From: the human T2T-CHM13v2.0 reference genome, Homo sapiens
Assembly (NCBI RefSeq): GCF_009914755.1
Contig: NC_060932.1
Length of the DNA stretch: 64,000 nt
Strand: one strand, 5' to 3'
Shown here one piece after another: positions 46,028 to 61,801 of this stretch. The translations under genes and the position numbers were made by a program. How positions within the stretch are numbered: the first letter of the stretch is position 1; every line of letters begins with the position of its first letter. The notes under the pieces were generated by a model. It did not search any database and was not told where the DNA came from. It worked only from the letters and a program-made list of their open reading frames with translations.

Positions 46028-46639
46028 CTAAAATTCCATCTTTAAAAATGTACGTGATTCAGGTATAGGCATATATGGAATTTTCTACTGTAGAGTTCAC
46101 AACTGTTTCCTGAGTGGTACCTTCATTCAGTTATTCTGTCATGAGTAAGTACTTGGAATTACCTATTTGGGCAGCTCCTATGCACCTAAGGAGGCAAACT
46201 CAGTCTGAAAGCAAATATGCTTTTGGGAGTACTCTGGAGGAATATTCCCAGGAGCTTTTAGCATTCCACAGATTTTGGACCGCAACAGATCTTGGTTGGA
46301 TCAAGTGGTTGAAATGGGAGCAGAGTCCTTCCATCCCATGCACACACATACCTGCTCACAGCTGTCTTCACACCCCTGATTGCTGTAGCATTCACATTAT
46401 TTGGTGCATAACCTTTATTTTTTTTAAATGCGTTAGGTTATGTCCATATAACATCACGGTTGGGCTGGCTAAGCCTCATTAAGGATTAGTGTAAGGAGAA
46501 AGCCTTAGAGGAAAGTTTAAAATTGATTGAGGGCAAATGATCATACTTCTCCTCTTGCTTATATCTGGAAAAAAAAGTTAAATATATGCCTCTGCTTCAT
46601 CCATAGTAATATAAGAGTCAGTTATTATCTTTAAAAGCA

Positions 46640-48770
<2,131 letters not shown>

Positions 48771-49269
48771 TTTTTAAGCATATAAGGAGACTTCTGTGTC
48801 ATAAATATTAACTCTGTGCTTGAGTACACCCATTCTGTTTCACCCATGGAGTTGAATGATTCAACAGAAATGGTCATAGTAGCAGGAAACAGACTGCCTA
48901 AAAAACTTGTGTTTTATTGATGGGTCTTAGAAACCCATGAAAACTTCACTTCTCTTCCTTGCCTCATCTCCAGGTATAATTCAAGCTACAAATAAGAATG
49001 GACAAGGCAACACAGGAAAGTTTCTAGTTACAGAAAGATTCTTAGTCTTACTATTATATTCTGTGTATCTGTTCCTAATGTTTGTCATGCAACCAAGAAT
49101 ATTAGATATGTGTGTGTGTGTTTAACTTTTCCAATAGGAATATAGGATTTTAAACAACTGTATCTAGCAATTTGGTTAATCTTCTAAATGGCAGGAACAA
49201 TGAGTATTACATTACTAACCTTGAATACTTGTTTAGTTTTCACCAATGCCAGTGTAAGAATCTGTTACA

Positions 49270-49571
49270 GGCCGGGTGCAATGGCTCAAGCCTGTAATCC
49301 CAACACTTTGGGAGGCTGAGGCGGGTGGATCACTTGAGGTTAGGAGTTCAAGACCAGCCTGGCCAACATGGCGAAAACCCGTCTCTACTAAAAATACAAA
49401 AATTAGCTGGGTGTGGTGGAGTGTGCCTGTAATCCTAACTACTTGGGAGACTGAGGCAAGAGAATCACTTGAACCTGGGAAGGAGAGGTTGCAGTGAGCC
49501 AATATTGCACCACTGCACTGCAGCCTGGTCGACAGAGCGAATCTCCATCTCAAAAAAAAAAAAAAAAAAAA
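49270..49571 (+). mobile_element. AluS
   Basis: TSD aagaatctgtta. Confidence 0.95.
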
Positions 49572-51750
49572 AAGAATCTGTTATAGTTGGAATTGAAAGA
49601 TACAAAGGGTGAAATTTTTTCTTAGTGTCACTTTCATTGCTGACACTAAGTGTTTAATCAGGCCTTAGATAACCAATTTGGGTAACTTTTGAGTTTGGCC
49701 CCATTTGGTCTCTGCCAAGGCCCTGGTTACTCAGTGCCATGTTTCTCGATTATTCTAGCCACAGTCTTAGGGTTTTTCTATCACTCAAATTGTTTCTCCT
49801 TGACTTTTTTTTTTTTGGTCCTCTTTCTTTTAAAGTCATCTTTTCTACCATTTTCTTGGAGTAGGGAAGTTATGCTGGAAAATAAAATTATGTCTTCATA
49901 TCAGGTACTATAGTCTGGACACCCCTAGCATGGTATTCTAGCTGTTTTGTGTGTCTCAGCTTTGGTTGTTGGCAGTAATTTAAGTAGTTGAGAGAGGTTC
50001 TGTTCTTTTTGAGGAGCACAGACACATTCTTCAAAAAAATAAGTAAAAAAGAACTCCAAATAGAGCCCCCCACAGCACAGGAACCAGAAGACAGACCTAA
50101 GCACTGCCGTTGGTCCCTGAACTGTGCCATTGTGTACCTTCCGTGTCTGACATTTTACATCCCTCTCTATGCCAGGCATCGAGCTACGGCCTTTCACGTA
50201 CTGCCTCTCAGTTCTTACAATCCTGGGAGACCAGAATTATTGATGCTCTTTTAATCAATGTGGAGATTTAGGTTAAGAAACTTGAAGAAATTCATGCAGC
50301 TATTAAATGGCAGAGCTGTGATTCCCACTGGGGTCCTGTGGAATCCTAGTATATTGTTCTTTCCACAACATGCAGCCCTTTAGCAAATGACGTTTATACT
50401 TTTGGACACGACATAAAGTTTTCCAAAGGGGTTAGGGTTGTTTTGCTTTTGAAATAGCCACCTGAAAAGTTCAGCAGCACCCCAAATGTGTCTGTATTGC
50501 GGTGAGCTCTTTCTGAACTTAGCTCCCCTCCATGGCTCTTGGCACACAAACTTGCCACTCTTACCCAGTGGTCTCGTTGCTGTCCTGGAGGGAGATCAGG
50601 GATTGGGGTTATACTCTCAAATTCCTTGAGGTCCCATAGCCTCTAGCATAACTCTTTATAAAAAGTGGGCCTCATGTTGGTTGATTAATTGTACATCTCT
50701 CTCATTCGTCTTTCGAAGTCATGCTGATGATAACAAAACCAGCATAAGAGTGAGTTGCAGCAAATTCATTGCTCCTACTGACAAAACCACATGCTACCTC
50801 CTGTCATCTCAGCTTTCTTGACTGCTTGGATAAGCTAGAGAAATGCACCACAGAAGAGGAAAGTTAGACTTTTAGCAAGAAGGACTAACCGCTGGCAAGA
50901 TTACTTTGCTTTAAAAAGGAAAGAAAGAAAAACCACATCCAGAAAATATAAAGCGAATTGGCCAAAAAGTAGATGATGTTGTCCAGGCTACAGGAAGTGT
51001 TATTTCCTTCCTCTCACTGAGCTTCCAGGGCTCTGTGAAGGCACAGAGGGAGGTTTCCTTGTTTTGCAGTGGAAATTTGGATATATCATCTCTCTATTTT
51101 GCTGACTGTGATTTGGTCCTCTTCCTCATCCCTCACTGCCTGGACCAGGTCTCTCTGCTTGTCTCAGAAGGTATTTACTGGTTGCAAATAGAAATCTCTG
51201 CTATCACCCTCTGTGATAGGCAACCAGAATAAACCTTCTTGGCATTCTTTGCTACAGATGTTATGGGGTAACAAGATTAAAAATATTGTAATGTTTTTGT
51301 GGAATGAAATTTAAGAGATTTAAACTGTAATTACTTAAAATTGACAAGGGAAAAAAATGGAGTCCCCCAGAGCTGGTTACTGTGGAGCTAGGATGGAGAA
51401 CCAGGCCTTTTGGTGTCACACAAGCTCTCTTTATAAAGAAGCAATGGCTCCTCTATTCTGGGCATTCTGGCCGTGTAGGCAGGGTGCTTTAGCGCTGCCT
51501 GTCTCTGCCCACTGGGCATGGGATCCCAGGAGAACAAAGAAGGGTCACTCAGACCCTGCTATCCAAGTGTGTCTTGTGGGTGCAGGTTTCATTGCATATT
51601 CCTTACAGCAGTCTATTCTATACCTAGCCAGTGGCTCAAGAACACCTGTCTTTCTCATTGCTATATTCATCAGATGTTTACTCAGTGCCTGCTGCATGCC
51701 AGGCACTGCGAAGGACAGTTCCCTGTTTTGATCATTAAAAAAATTAAATA

Positions 51751-52075
51751 GACCGGACACAGTGGCTCACGCTTGTAATCCCAGCACTTTGGGAGGCTGA
51801 GGTGAGTGGATCACTTGAGGTCAAGAGTTTAAGACCAGCCTGGCCAATATGGTGAAATCCTGTCTCTACTAAAAATACAAAAATTAGCTGGGCTTGGTGG
51901 TGCATGCCTGTAATCCCAGCTACTCAGGATGCTGAGGCAGGAGAATTGCTTGAGCCCGGGGGGGCGGAGGTTGCAGTGAGGTGAAATCATGCCACTGTAC
52001 GCCAGTCTGGGTGACAGAGCGAGACTCTGTCTCAAAGAATGAATAAATGAATGAATGCATGAATGAATAAATAAA
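51751..52075 (+). mobile_element. AluS with (GAAT)n tail
   Basis: Sense Alu dimer. Confidence 0.95.
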
Positions 52076-52346
52076 GCCAGAAGACTTATCTCCTTTTTCA
52101 CTTAGATGGTGTGCCTATGCGTGTGTGTTTTATACTGATAGAATTCCATGGCCAAGCTCACCTGACCTGAGGGGTGGCGCATTGAGAAAGTGTCCTGTCT
52201 ACTGTGCCCCAGCAGGGCCGTGGGCTAGCTTGGTATAAGGTAAAGCAATGAGCTGGCAGGTAGGAGGCCTGTGTTTGTATCCCCAGCTTAGGTAGTAAGT
52301 AGCTGGGTGATATGGGACAAACCTTTTCAGTTCCTTAACTATGTTT

Positions 52347-52684
<338 letters not shown>

Positions 52685-53694
52685 TAAGTAAGGTTGTTAT
52701 ATTTTAGTGAGCTGTGAGTTCTTTCCAATATCTGGCTATCTCAAATCCACAAAATTGAGCTCAGATAATTAACCTGGAAGACTCATTTGTCTCACCAAGA
52801 AGTACAAAAGAATAGAATCATCTTTTACCATCTTTGCATCCCTTGACTTTCTGCCTTTGAACTTATTTTCAAAAGCCCCAGTGAGTTCCATGTGGAGTGC
52901 GGACATCTTGAGACCTGAGGCTCAGGAAGGCGGTGAGTGTGCTGTGCACAGGGAGAGGTGCAGCCACTGTCTGTAAGGAAGGATTTTAGACCCAGCCCTT
53001 TGTCTGTCCTGTGACGAGTTTGCACCCAGCAGTTTCTGCTCACTGGCTTCCCAAGAGACAATCAGCTTCTATTGGAAGGACAGCTCACCGGGGATGGGAG
53101 GACAGGATATGCCCGTGGAAACCTGACGAGCTTACCTGGCCCACAGGGGATGGAGCCTTTGCCCTTGGCCTCATTTACTGTGTTTTATCCAGTAAGATAC
53201 CAGACCAGCAACACTTAAAGGAAAAACAACAGGATTTAGCACCTGCTCCTTCTCTGGGGTGCCGCCCACCCCCGCCCAGTCCCCACAAACACACACATAA
53301 TGCAGGTGTATAGAAACATAGCTCTTTTATGTGTGTACGTGGGGTAAAACTAATTTATCTTGTGATCAGAAAGTAGGGAGAGATTTTATAAAACACTCCA
53401 TAATTTCAGCATCTGAATGATGCTTTTCTTGTTGGGAAATCATGCGTCCCTCTCAGTAATTGCTTCTGAGTCTTCAGCATATTCATGACTTTCTCTTTTG
53501 TGTGCCAGAGTCTACAAGCATTACCATTAAAAGCCCTTTTGTATTTAGTTATTTGTTTACAGATCTGTTTCCTTCCTCCTTGAAGACAATGTCTGGCACA
53601 CTGGTGTTCAATAAATGTTTTCATGTATAATGAATGAATGACCACATTAGTAATGTAAATCCTCAGCCTAAATGTACATCCTCAGAGAGACAAT

Positions 53695-53990
53695 TTTCTT
53701 TCTTTCTTTCTTTTTTTTTTTTTTAAACGGACAGAATCTTGCTCTGTTGCCCAGGCTGGAGTGCAGTGGCGCGATCATAGCTGACTGCAGCCTCCAACTT
53801 CTGGGCTCAAGAGATCCTCTGACCTTGGCTTCCCTAGTAGCTAGGACTATGAATGTGTGCCACCTCACCTGGCTAGTTATTTTATTTTTAGTTTTTTGTG
53901 GAGACAGGATTTTGGCTATGTTCCCCAGGCTGGTCTCCCACCTCAGCCTCCCAAAGTGCTGGAATTATGGATGTGAGCCACCACGCCCAG
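53695..53990 (-). mobile_element. AluJ with deletion in the left arm
   Basis: TSD-like agagagacaattttct / agagagaattttct. Confidence 0.9.
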
Positions 53991-54499
53991 AGAGAATTTT
54001 CTAACCATGTTTTCTAAAGTAGCTCCATCCTCAGGAGTTGGCCTTTCCCAGGTTAGCCTCTTTTATTCCTTTATAACTTTTAGCCCTATATGAAGTTACT
54101 TTTCTTGTTTATATGCTTGTGTGTTTACATATATATTTTTTTCTTTCCATTATTAAGTAAGATTTAGGACACGGAGACATTGAATACCCTGCTTTCCTAA
54201 CATCTGTAACTAATTGCTCACTGGAGAAATTAATCTCCAATCTGCAGTTGAACTTCTGGAAATAGCAAAACTTGTTCAGAATGAATTTTGGAGCATGCAG
54301 TAGTAATTAAGATGAATAATGTCTTTGGGAAGACAAAATACCACGTAAAGTAATGGAGAAATAGTTCTGTGCTTTTTCACACATGACTCAAACTTGTTTC
54401 AGAGGCATTTCCAAACAAAAATATTCAGTCATATTTCAGCAATGCAATTCCATGTTACTTTGAGGTGGTTACTTTATAGAGTAATATTCATCTGACGGT

Positions 54500-55420
54500 G
54501 TCAATTTTTACATTAAAGAAAAAGTGCAGTAAAATTTACAAGCAACAAAAGGCATTCATCTTAGGTTTACAATTCAATGTGTTTTATCAAATGAATGCAG
54601 CTTGTATGCCTAACATTCCGATCAAGATAAAACACATTTCCCTTACCCCAGAAAATTCCGCGGTATCTTTATCCACACAGTTCCCACCCTCAGTAAACAG
54701 CCACCGATCTGGTTTAGATCACTGCGAGTTAGTTTTACCTGTGAGTCAACTTCATATCAGTGGAATTAGATGTGTCTATTGTGTTTGGGCTCTTTCACTT
54801 ATTGTAATGGTTTTTGGGTTCATCCATGATGTTGCACATCCGTAGTTCATTCCTGTGTATTGCCAGGTATAACTATATTACGTATTATATATCATAGTTA
54901 TAGTATAGTAAGTAATATATACATATAACACTGTCAGTACTCCCATTGATGTACATTTTGATGTATTCCAGCTTTTGACTATTAAAAATAAAGCATTCAC
55001 AAACATTCTTATAAAGCACTGGAGTGAGGATGTGGCCAGGTCATAGGATAAGTGTACGTTTAACTTTATAAGAAACCACCAGCAATGAGAGAGAGTTCCA
55101 GTTGCTCCATCTCCTTACCAGTGATTGGCACAGTCAATCTTTTTAACTTTAGCCATTGCAGTGGGTGGATAGTATTTCACTGTCTTTTTTTTTTAGAGTT
55201 ATAATTTGCATAGAGTAAAATTCACCGTTTTTAGTGTACAATTCTGCAGGTTTTGACAAATGCATACAATCTTGAAACACAACCGTGGTCAAGCTACAGA
55301 ACCATTCCGTCAGCCCCCAAGTTCTCCTGTGTCCCTTTTCAGTCATCCCCATGCCACCCTGAGCACTTGGCAACTACTCATGTGTTTTGTATCCCTATAA
55401 TTTTGCCTTTGCCTAGTTCT
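54500..55420 (-). mobile_element. Old L1M 3' fragments (two pieces)
   Basis: catttcccttaccccagaaaatt...ggttcatccatgatgttgca; agtaaaattcaccgtttttagtgtacaattct. Confidence 0.75.
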
Positions 55421-55736
55421 GGCCTACCAGGGTTTATCAGCGGTATATTTTTTAAAATGTTATCAGTCATATATGTTTATAAATTTAAACATCAAGACCA
55501 TTTCTACAAGGTTTATAACGAAAAACAGGAGACCCTTCTTAACTCCTCTCGAATTCTGAGGAGTTTCAACTTTTTCAGAAGTCTTTCAACTCTTTCAGCC
55601 AATGTTTTATGCCATAAATCTCTTCATTTCTAAATTCATTTCTTACTATGGAAGATAAGGATTTCACTCTTCTGTACACCCCACCAACGATGCAGATACC
55701 CATTAATCCCTCATAGAAAAGCAAATATAGATACAA

Positions 55737-55860
55737 TTTTTTTTTTTTTTTGAGACCGAGTCTGGCTCTGTCTCTCAGGCTGGAATGCAGCGGCATGATC
55801 TCAGCTCACTGCAACCCCCACCTCCAGGTTCAAGTGATTCTCCTGCCTCCACCTCCTGAG
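55737..55860 (-). mobile_element. Truncated Alu right arm
   Basis: Poly-T plus right arm ending abruptly at ctcctgag. Confidence 0.85.
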
Positions 55861-56219
55861 TTTTTTTTAAACACTTAGGATTTGGGTTATTATGCCTATG
55901 TAGTGTAAGCAGCAGAGGCTGTGGGATTTACCTTGATTACATTTCCTTTCTTGAATAATATGTTTTTCTAGAGCTAATTCCTTTTTTTCTTCATTCTCTG
56001 TGAATTTACCTCTATTTCGTACTCAAGGTTGCTGACAGGAGTATTGACTGCCTTTTAATATGTTGAGACAAATAAGATCATTTATCAGTTTCTTTTTTTT
56101 CTTGGATTCATTCCTCATGGGACCGTCTGTCCTCCTCCCTTGTTTGGGACTGGTTGTGCTTTCCCAGTGACAGCTCTTTTTCTGAGGGCTCTCTTTATCA
56201 TCTGTCTTGGGGACAGAAA

Positions 56220-56780
56220 AATAGGAACTAACTAGGTAATTCAACAGAGCTAGGGGTAGTATGCATTTGTATAAATACAGATTAATACCTGTTAATTTTG
56301 ACTGATCCACATGTATAAAAAGTCATGAATTCATGTGGATACCTTCAATCCCAATCCGGCAGCACAGGGTTCATTCGAGATTTTTCCCTTCTGGGGCTTA
56401 TAACTCCATTCTATAATAGTAAGAAACCTAGCTTCCCATATTTTTAATAGATTTAGCTATTTGATCAGTTCCCTGGTATGTAACTGATCACTCATCCTCA
56501 TTAGCATGCTGTCTCCCATGGGAACACCCCCCTCACCCCGTTTTAGCTCAGCTATCCGAGGCCAGTGCACCACCCCCAAGTCCTATGTGCGGATACCCCC
56601 TCGCCCCACTTAGGCTCTGACACCCCGTCTGCTCCCTTACACGGATGCCCACCTCGGTCCCCCTGGGCTCTGACATGCCATGCCAGTCTGGACCCCTCTG
56701 CGGATGTGCAGCCTTCCCCCACTGCGAATGCCCAGGTCACTCTGCTCCACCCCATGGCTCAGTACTCAGCTGCCCAGGAG
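56220..56780 (-). mobile_element. L1MC4/5-like 3'UTR with C-rich degenerate repeats
   Basis: ccaatccggcagcacagggttcattc...agtaagaaacctagcttccca and recurring ggatgccc...ggctctgacac motifs. Confidence 0.6.
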
Positions 56781-56996
56781 GGACGGCAGAAGGGGCAGGA
56801 TCCATCTCCTGATTCTGTCCTGATTCCCATTCCCCAAGGTTTTCCTTTCTTCAATCTTCCTATACCAAAGACTACTGTCCTCCTATTTGCTTAAGCCCAA
56901 AATACAAATACCTTTGAGAATTTGCCTTTACTCCCCCATTCATGGCCACCCCCAGCAAAATCATGAGCAACTCCTGTTGATTCATATATATCATTC

Positions 56997-57307
56997 GTCT
57001 GGGTGCGGTGGCTCATGCCTATAATCCTAGCACTTTGGGAGGTCTAGGCAGGCGAACCGCTTGAGTCCAGGAGTCCGAGACCAGCCTGACAGCATGGGGA
57101 GATGCCATCTCTATAAAAAATGCAAAAAATAGCCGGGCATGGTGGCATGCACCTGTATTCCCAGCTACCAGGGGTCGGGGTTGGGTGCTGAGGTGGGATC
57201 CATGGAGCTGGGGTGGCGGAGGTTGCAGTGAGCCATGATTGTGCCACTGCACTCCAGTCTGGGTGACAGAGTGAGATCCTGCCACAAGAAAAAAACAACA
57301 AAAAAAA
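56997..57307 (+). mobile_element. AluJ
   Basis: Sense Alu with a short G-rich insertion. Confidence 0.9.
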
Positions 57308-57455
57308 CCTCATCAATGTATATATCCTACATTTTTTTCATCTCTCTTCCTCTTCACTGCACCCACCACTCCCCTTTGGTGTTCCTCTTGCTACTACACC
57401 TCACATCCCACAATCCATTCCCATATAGCAGCAAGGATGCTCTTTTAAAAGCCTA

Positions 57456-57771
<316 letters not shown>

Positions 57772-57837
57772 CATAAGGCATGATGACATTTGAAACCCTC
57801 CAACGCTTCCTGCTGTACTTAGAATAAAACTTGAATT

Positions 57838-58081
57838 TCTCCATGGCATATAATACCTGTGTCTGATAATTAATCTTGGCTACACATTAGCATCACCATC
57901 TCCATGGCATATAATACCTGTGTCTGGTAATTAATCTTGGCTACACATTGGCATCACCATCTCCATGGCATATAATACCTGTGTCTGATAATTAATCTTG
58001 GCTACACATTGGCATCACCATCTCCATGGCATATAATACCTGTGTCTGGTAATTAATCTTGGCTACACATTAGCATCACCA
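57838..58081. repeat. 61-bp tandem repeat, 4 copies
   Basis: tctccatggcatataatacctgtgtctg(a/g)taattaatcttggctacacatt(a/g)gcatcacca starting at 57838, 57899, 57960 and 58021. Confidence 0.97.
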
Positions 58082-58218
58082 GGGGACCTTTTAGAAGCAT
58101 TAAGTCTGGGCCTCACCCCAGACCAGTTAAATCAGAATATTTGGTGGTGTGGACTAGGCATCAGTGTTTGTAAAAGTTCCTGGTGGGTCTCACGGGTGCC
58201 CAGGGTTGAGAACCAGGC
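58045..58218. mobile_element. MER5-family hAT element
   Basis: cttggctacacattagcatcaccagggg...ccccagaccagttaaatcagaat...cagggttgagaacca. Confidence 0.8.
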
Positions 58219-59033
58219 CTCCTCTAACTACCTTCGTATTGCCTCTCCCCATTTCAGTCTCTTGCGCTGAACTCTGGCAATGACATTTTTCTTCTTTCTT
58301 TGAACTTCAGGCTTATTCTTGCCTCACAACTTCCTCGCTTGATTTGTTTCTGTCTGGAAGTTTCTTTGCCCAGATCTGTTAATGGCTCATTCCTTTTAGC
58401 TTCTTAGAGTAATCTGTCCTTGGTCACCGTATCTAAAATAATGTGCCATGTTACCAACCATTCTCTGCCATATTACTTTTCTTGAGCACTTCTTCCTCTT
58501 AGCACTGTCATTATCTCAGGTCATTCTACTTGTGTATATTTTTAACATTAGAGTGTAATCTTCATGTGAACTCTTGCTTTCCATTATGTCATGGTTCTTA
58601 ATTAGTGTTTAATAAAGATTTGTAGAATGACTGCATGTAGCGAGGAGAAGAATCAGGGAAGAGATCTGTTGGACAGAAAGTGTGCAGGAGCCAGAGAGAC
58701 ATTTGGATAGGTGAAGTGAAATGGAGCAGATAAGAGTCCTGACTGATGGAGATTACTTGAGAAGCCAGATTTAAAGTAAATAATTTTGACAGTGGAATTA
58801 GCAACTCTCTGTTATTTTCAGTTGGAGAGGACAGATTTTTATTCTGGATTAGAGCAATCCCAAGAAAGCAGAAAAGACTTGTGAGCCTAGCGAAAGAGCA
58901 ACCCTCAGCATAGAATACGTTGGTGTTCACCATGGTTGCCATGAATTTGCTTTTTGCAACTGTCATTTCCCCTAAATGTAGGCAAGAGTGGCCCTCTGGA
59001 CTCATTATCCCCTCACGATTCCCTTTATTTTAA

Positions 59034-59407
<374 letters not shown>

Positions 59408-60761
59408 GCATTATGCCTTCTTAAGTCTAATATCAAGCTATATTTAATTATGATTGTCTTACTGTAAATACGCGGGATTAATTGGAAAACTGGATTCTTG
59501 CTTGTATGACAACCCAGGTATGTAATGTGGAAATGAGCAAACATATTTGTGAACTATTACCATATTCTGTGCAGTTATTAAAATTGAATTTATGGAGTTC
59601 TGACAGTATACGCTTAAAACTCCAGAGATAGATCTGTTCTCTCATACCTGATGCAAGGAAAATGAACATTCACGTTTACAAATTCAGCATGATAATTTTG
59701 TGCCTTTAGGTAGGGCTTACACACACACCACAATTCTAGAGAAGACATAGGAGGTTAAAAAAAAAAGTTTTTTCAACAATGACAGGCTTAGGAAGCATAA
59801 TTCCGTGATGAATGGTTGTGCAAAATACTGTTTACAAACGTACAGATAAATTCTTCTTTGAAAGTGGAATGAAGTTTGTATTGTGACAGCTTGGCTTTAT
59901 AGGGCACAGAACGATGAAAACTGTTTGGAAAAGATGAATATCTTGTTTCTCAGCCTGCCCGCCTCCCACTCTGCCCTTTTCCCAGGGTGAATTCGAAGCC
60001 ATTTATTCATGCAAAAGCCCATTTTCATGTTTTCACAGAACCAAGCAAGTATATACAGATGGGTACAGACCTTGAGACCTGGGGAGAAATGCTTAGCTTA
60101 GTATCCTTCTTATTCCTGAATCTCTTACACCTTGGCATCCTAAATCGGGGGAAGTGTTTCCTGTTTAGATATCTTTTTCTCAGCCATGTGCCTTGATGCA
60201 AGCCACAATTCCACAGCATAGTACCCCACGCCTCCCTGTAAAATGTAGCAAATCCTTTCAATGTCTGAATGCCACAGTTTAAAATATTTATGAAATACTA
60301 CTTTTACAATATTTGTGAAAATATTATTGAATATATGCCCAAAGAAGATAAGTTCAGTTTTCTACCCATAACATGCACGAAGTAGAGTATGTGTCTATTT
60401 TTTGGTTGATTTCATGTAGAACAAATTACAAGAGAGTTCTAGGATCCTATTGGCAGATGCCAGAAGTTTTAATTACAGTTTGCATCTACTCACTGTGTAT
60501 ATATGGCTACCTTATACGTGTATGCCGTTACTTTCAGTGGCAAAAACTGCAGTTTCTTTTGCACCAACCTGATACCACAAGGTTTACCTGGGCAAGATGA
60601 CCACACTGATGCTTTAGTTGATGGGCATGGGGAATGAGGGAAATTATTACAGTGAACTTCCTACAGTAGGTGTTCAGCAAATAGTTAATATAAAAAATCT
60701 GTTTATGGACAGAGTAAATTGTCTACTCTCCACAAGATAGAGGGTTGGAAAACATCTATAG

Positions 60762-61076
<315 letters not shown>

Positions 61077-61760
61077 GGAATTTTTAAAAAGAAGTTAAAG
61101 CCTTTACCTAAAGCCTCAGCAAACAAACGCATAAGATCTTTTTATGGGGGTGGCGGGGGGATGTTGCTTTTAGCATTACCAAGAATTGCACGTAATTTTG
61201 TTTTATTATTTCATTATTTGGATTATTTTTAAAGTGCAAATATTTGTCTTCATAAGATCTGCTAGTTCAATTTAAAATTTTTCCAGAATAGTGGTTCTTA
61301 ACCTGGGAACTCAGAAGAGTTACAGCAAATATAATTTATTTAAAAATATATATTTTAATAGTATAAGGTGACATGTAGAAAGCATGTATACAATGAAAGT
61401 CCATATTTATTCATGCAAAAACATTTATTAAATGACTGTAAGGTATTAGGGTGATAAGAAACGGGCTGTCTTGTTGGTTTTTTTTGCTATTGTTCTATTC
61501 TTCCTCCAAAGGAGTAGAGATGAGGCTAGGTTCTAAGTGAATTTTAAATCCAATTGTTATTAAGAGAATACAGCTCTAAAATACAGTTAGATTTTTCTTG
61601 TGTAATAAACTAAAACATTCATCTTCTAACGTACTGTTAATTGTCTCTGTCAACTGTTGTATCCCAGTATTGCTAATAGAACATGAGAGTATATATTGCT
61701 AATAACTTTATGATATCCCAGAAAACATAAAATATTTTGTGTTCTCTTTTGCTCTGACAG

Positions 61761-61801
61761 GTTGGTACAGAGGATATACCCTCCAAAATAAATCTAAAAA
61801 G
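61761..61801 (+). CDS. DOCK5: DOCK5 coding exon 3 (41 nt, phase 1-0), SH3 domain
   Basis: Acceptor gttctcttttgctctgacag|, donor AAG|gtatga. Translates (G)WYRGYTLQNKSKK in frame with exon 2. Confidence 0.97.

Noticed and set aside
56480-56780. C-rich degenerate repeats and the 109-aa Pro-rich ORF at 56565-56894
   Set aside because: The pattern fits the repetitive 3'UTR of old L1MC4/5 elements in antisense.
57838-58081. CRISPR-like array
   Set aside because: The units are contiguous with no unique spacers, and the context is eukaryotic; it is a tandem repeat.
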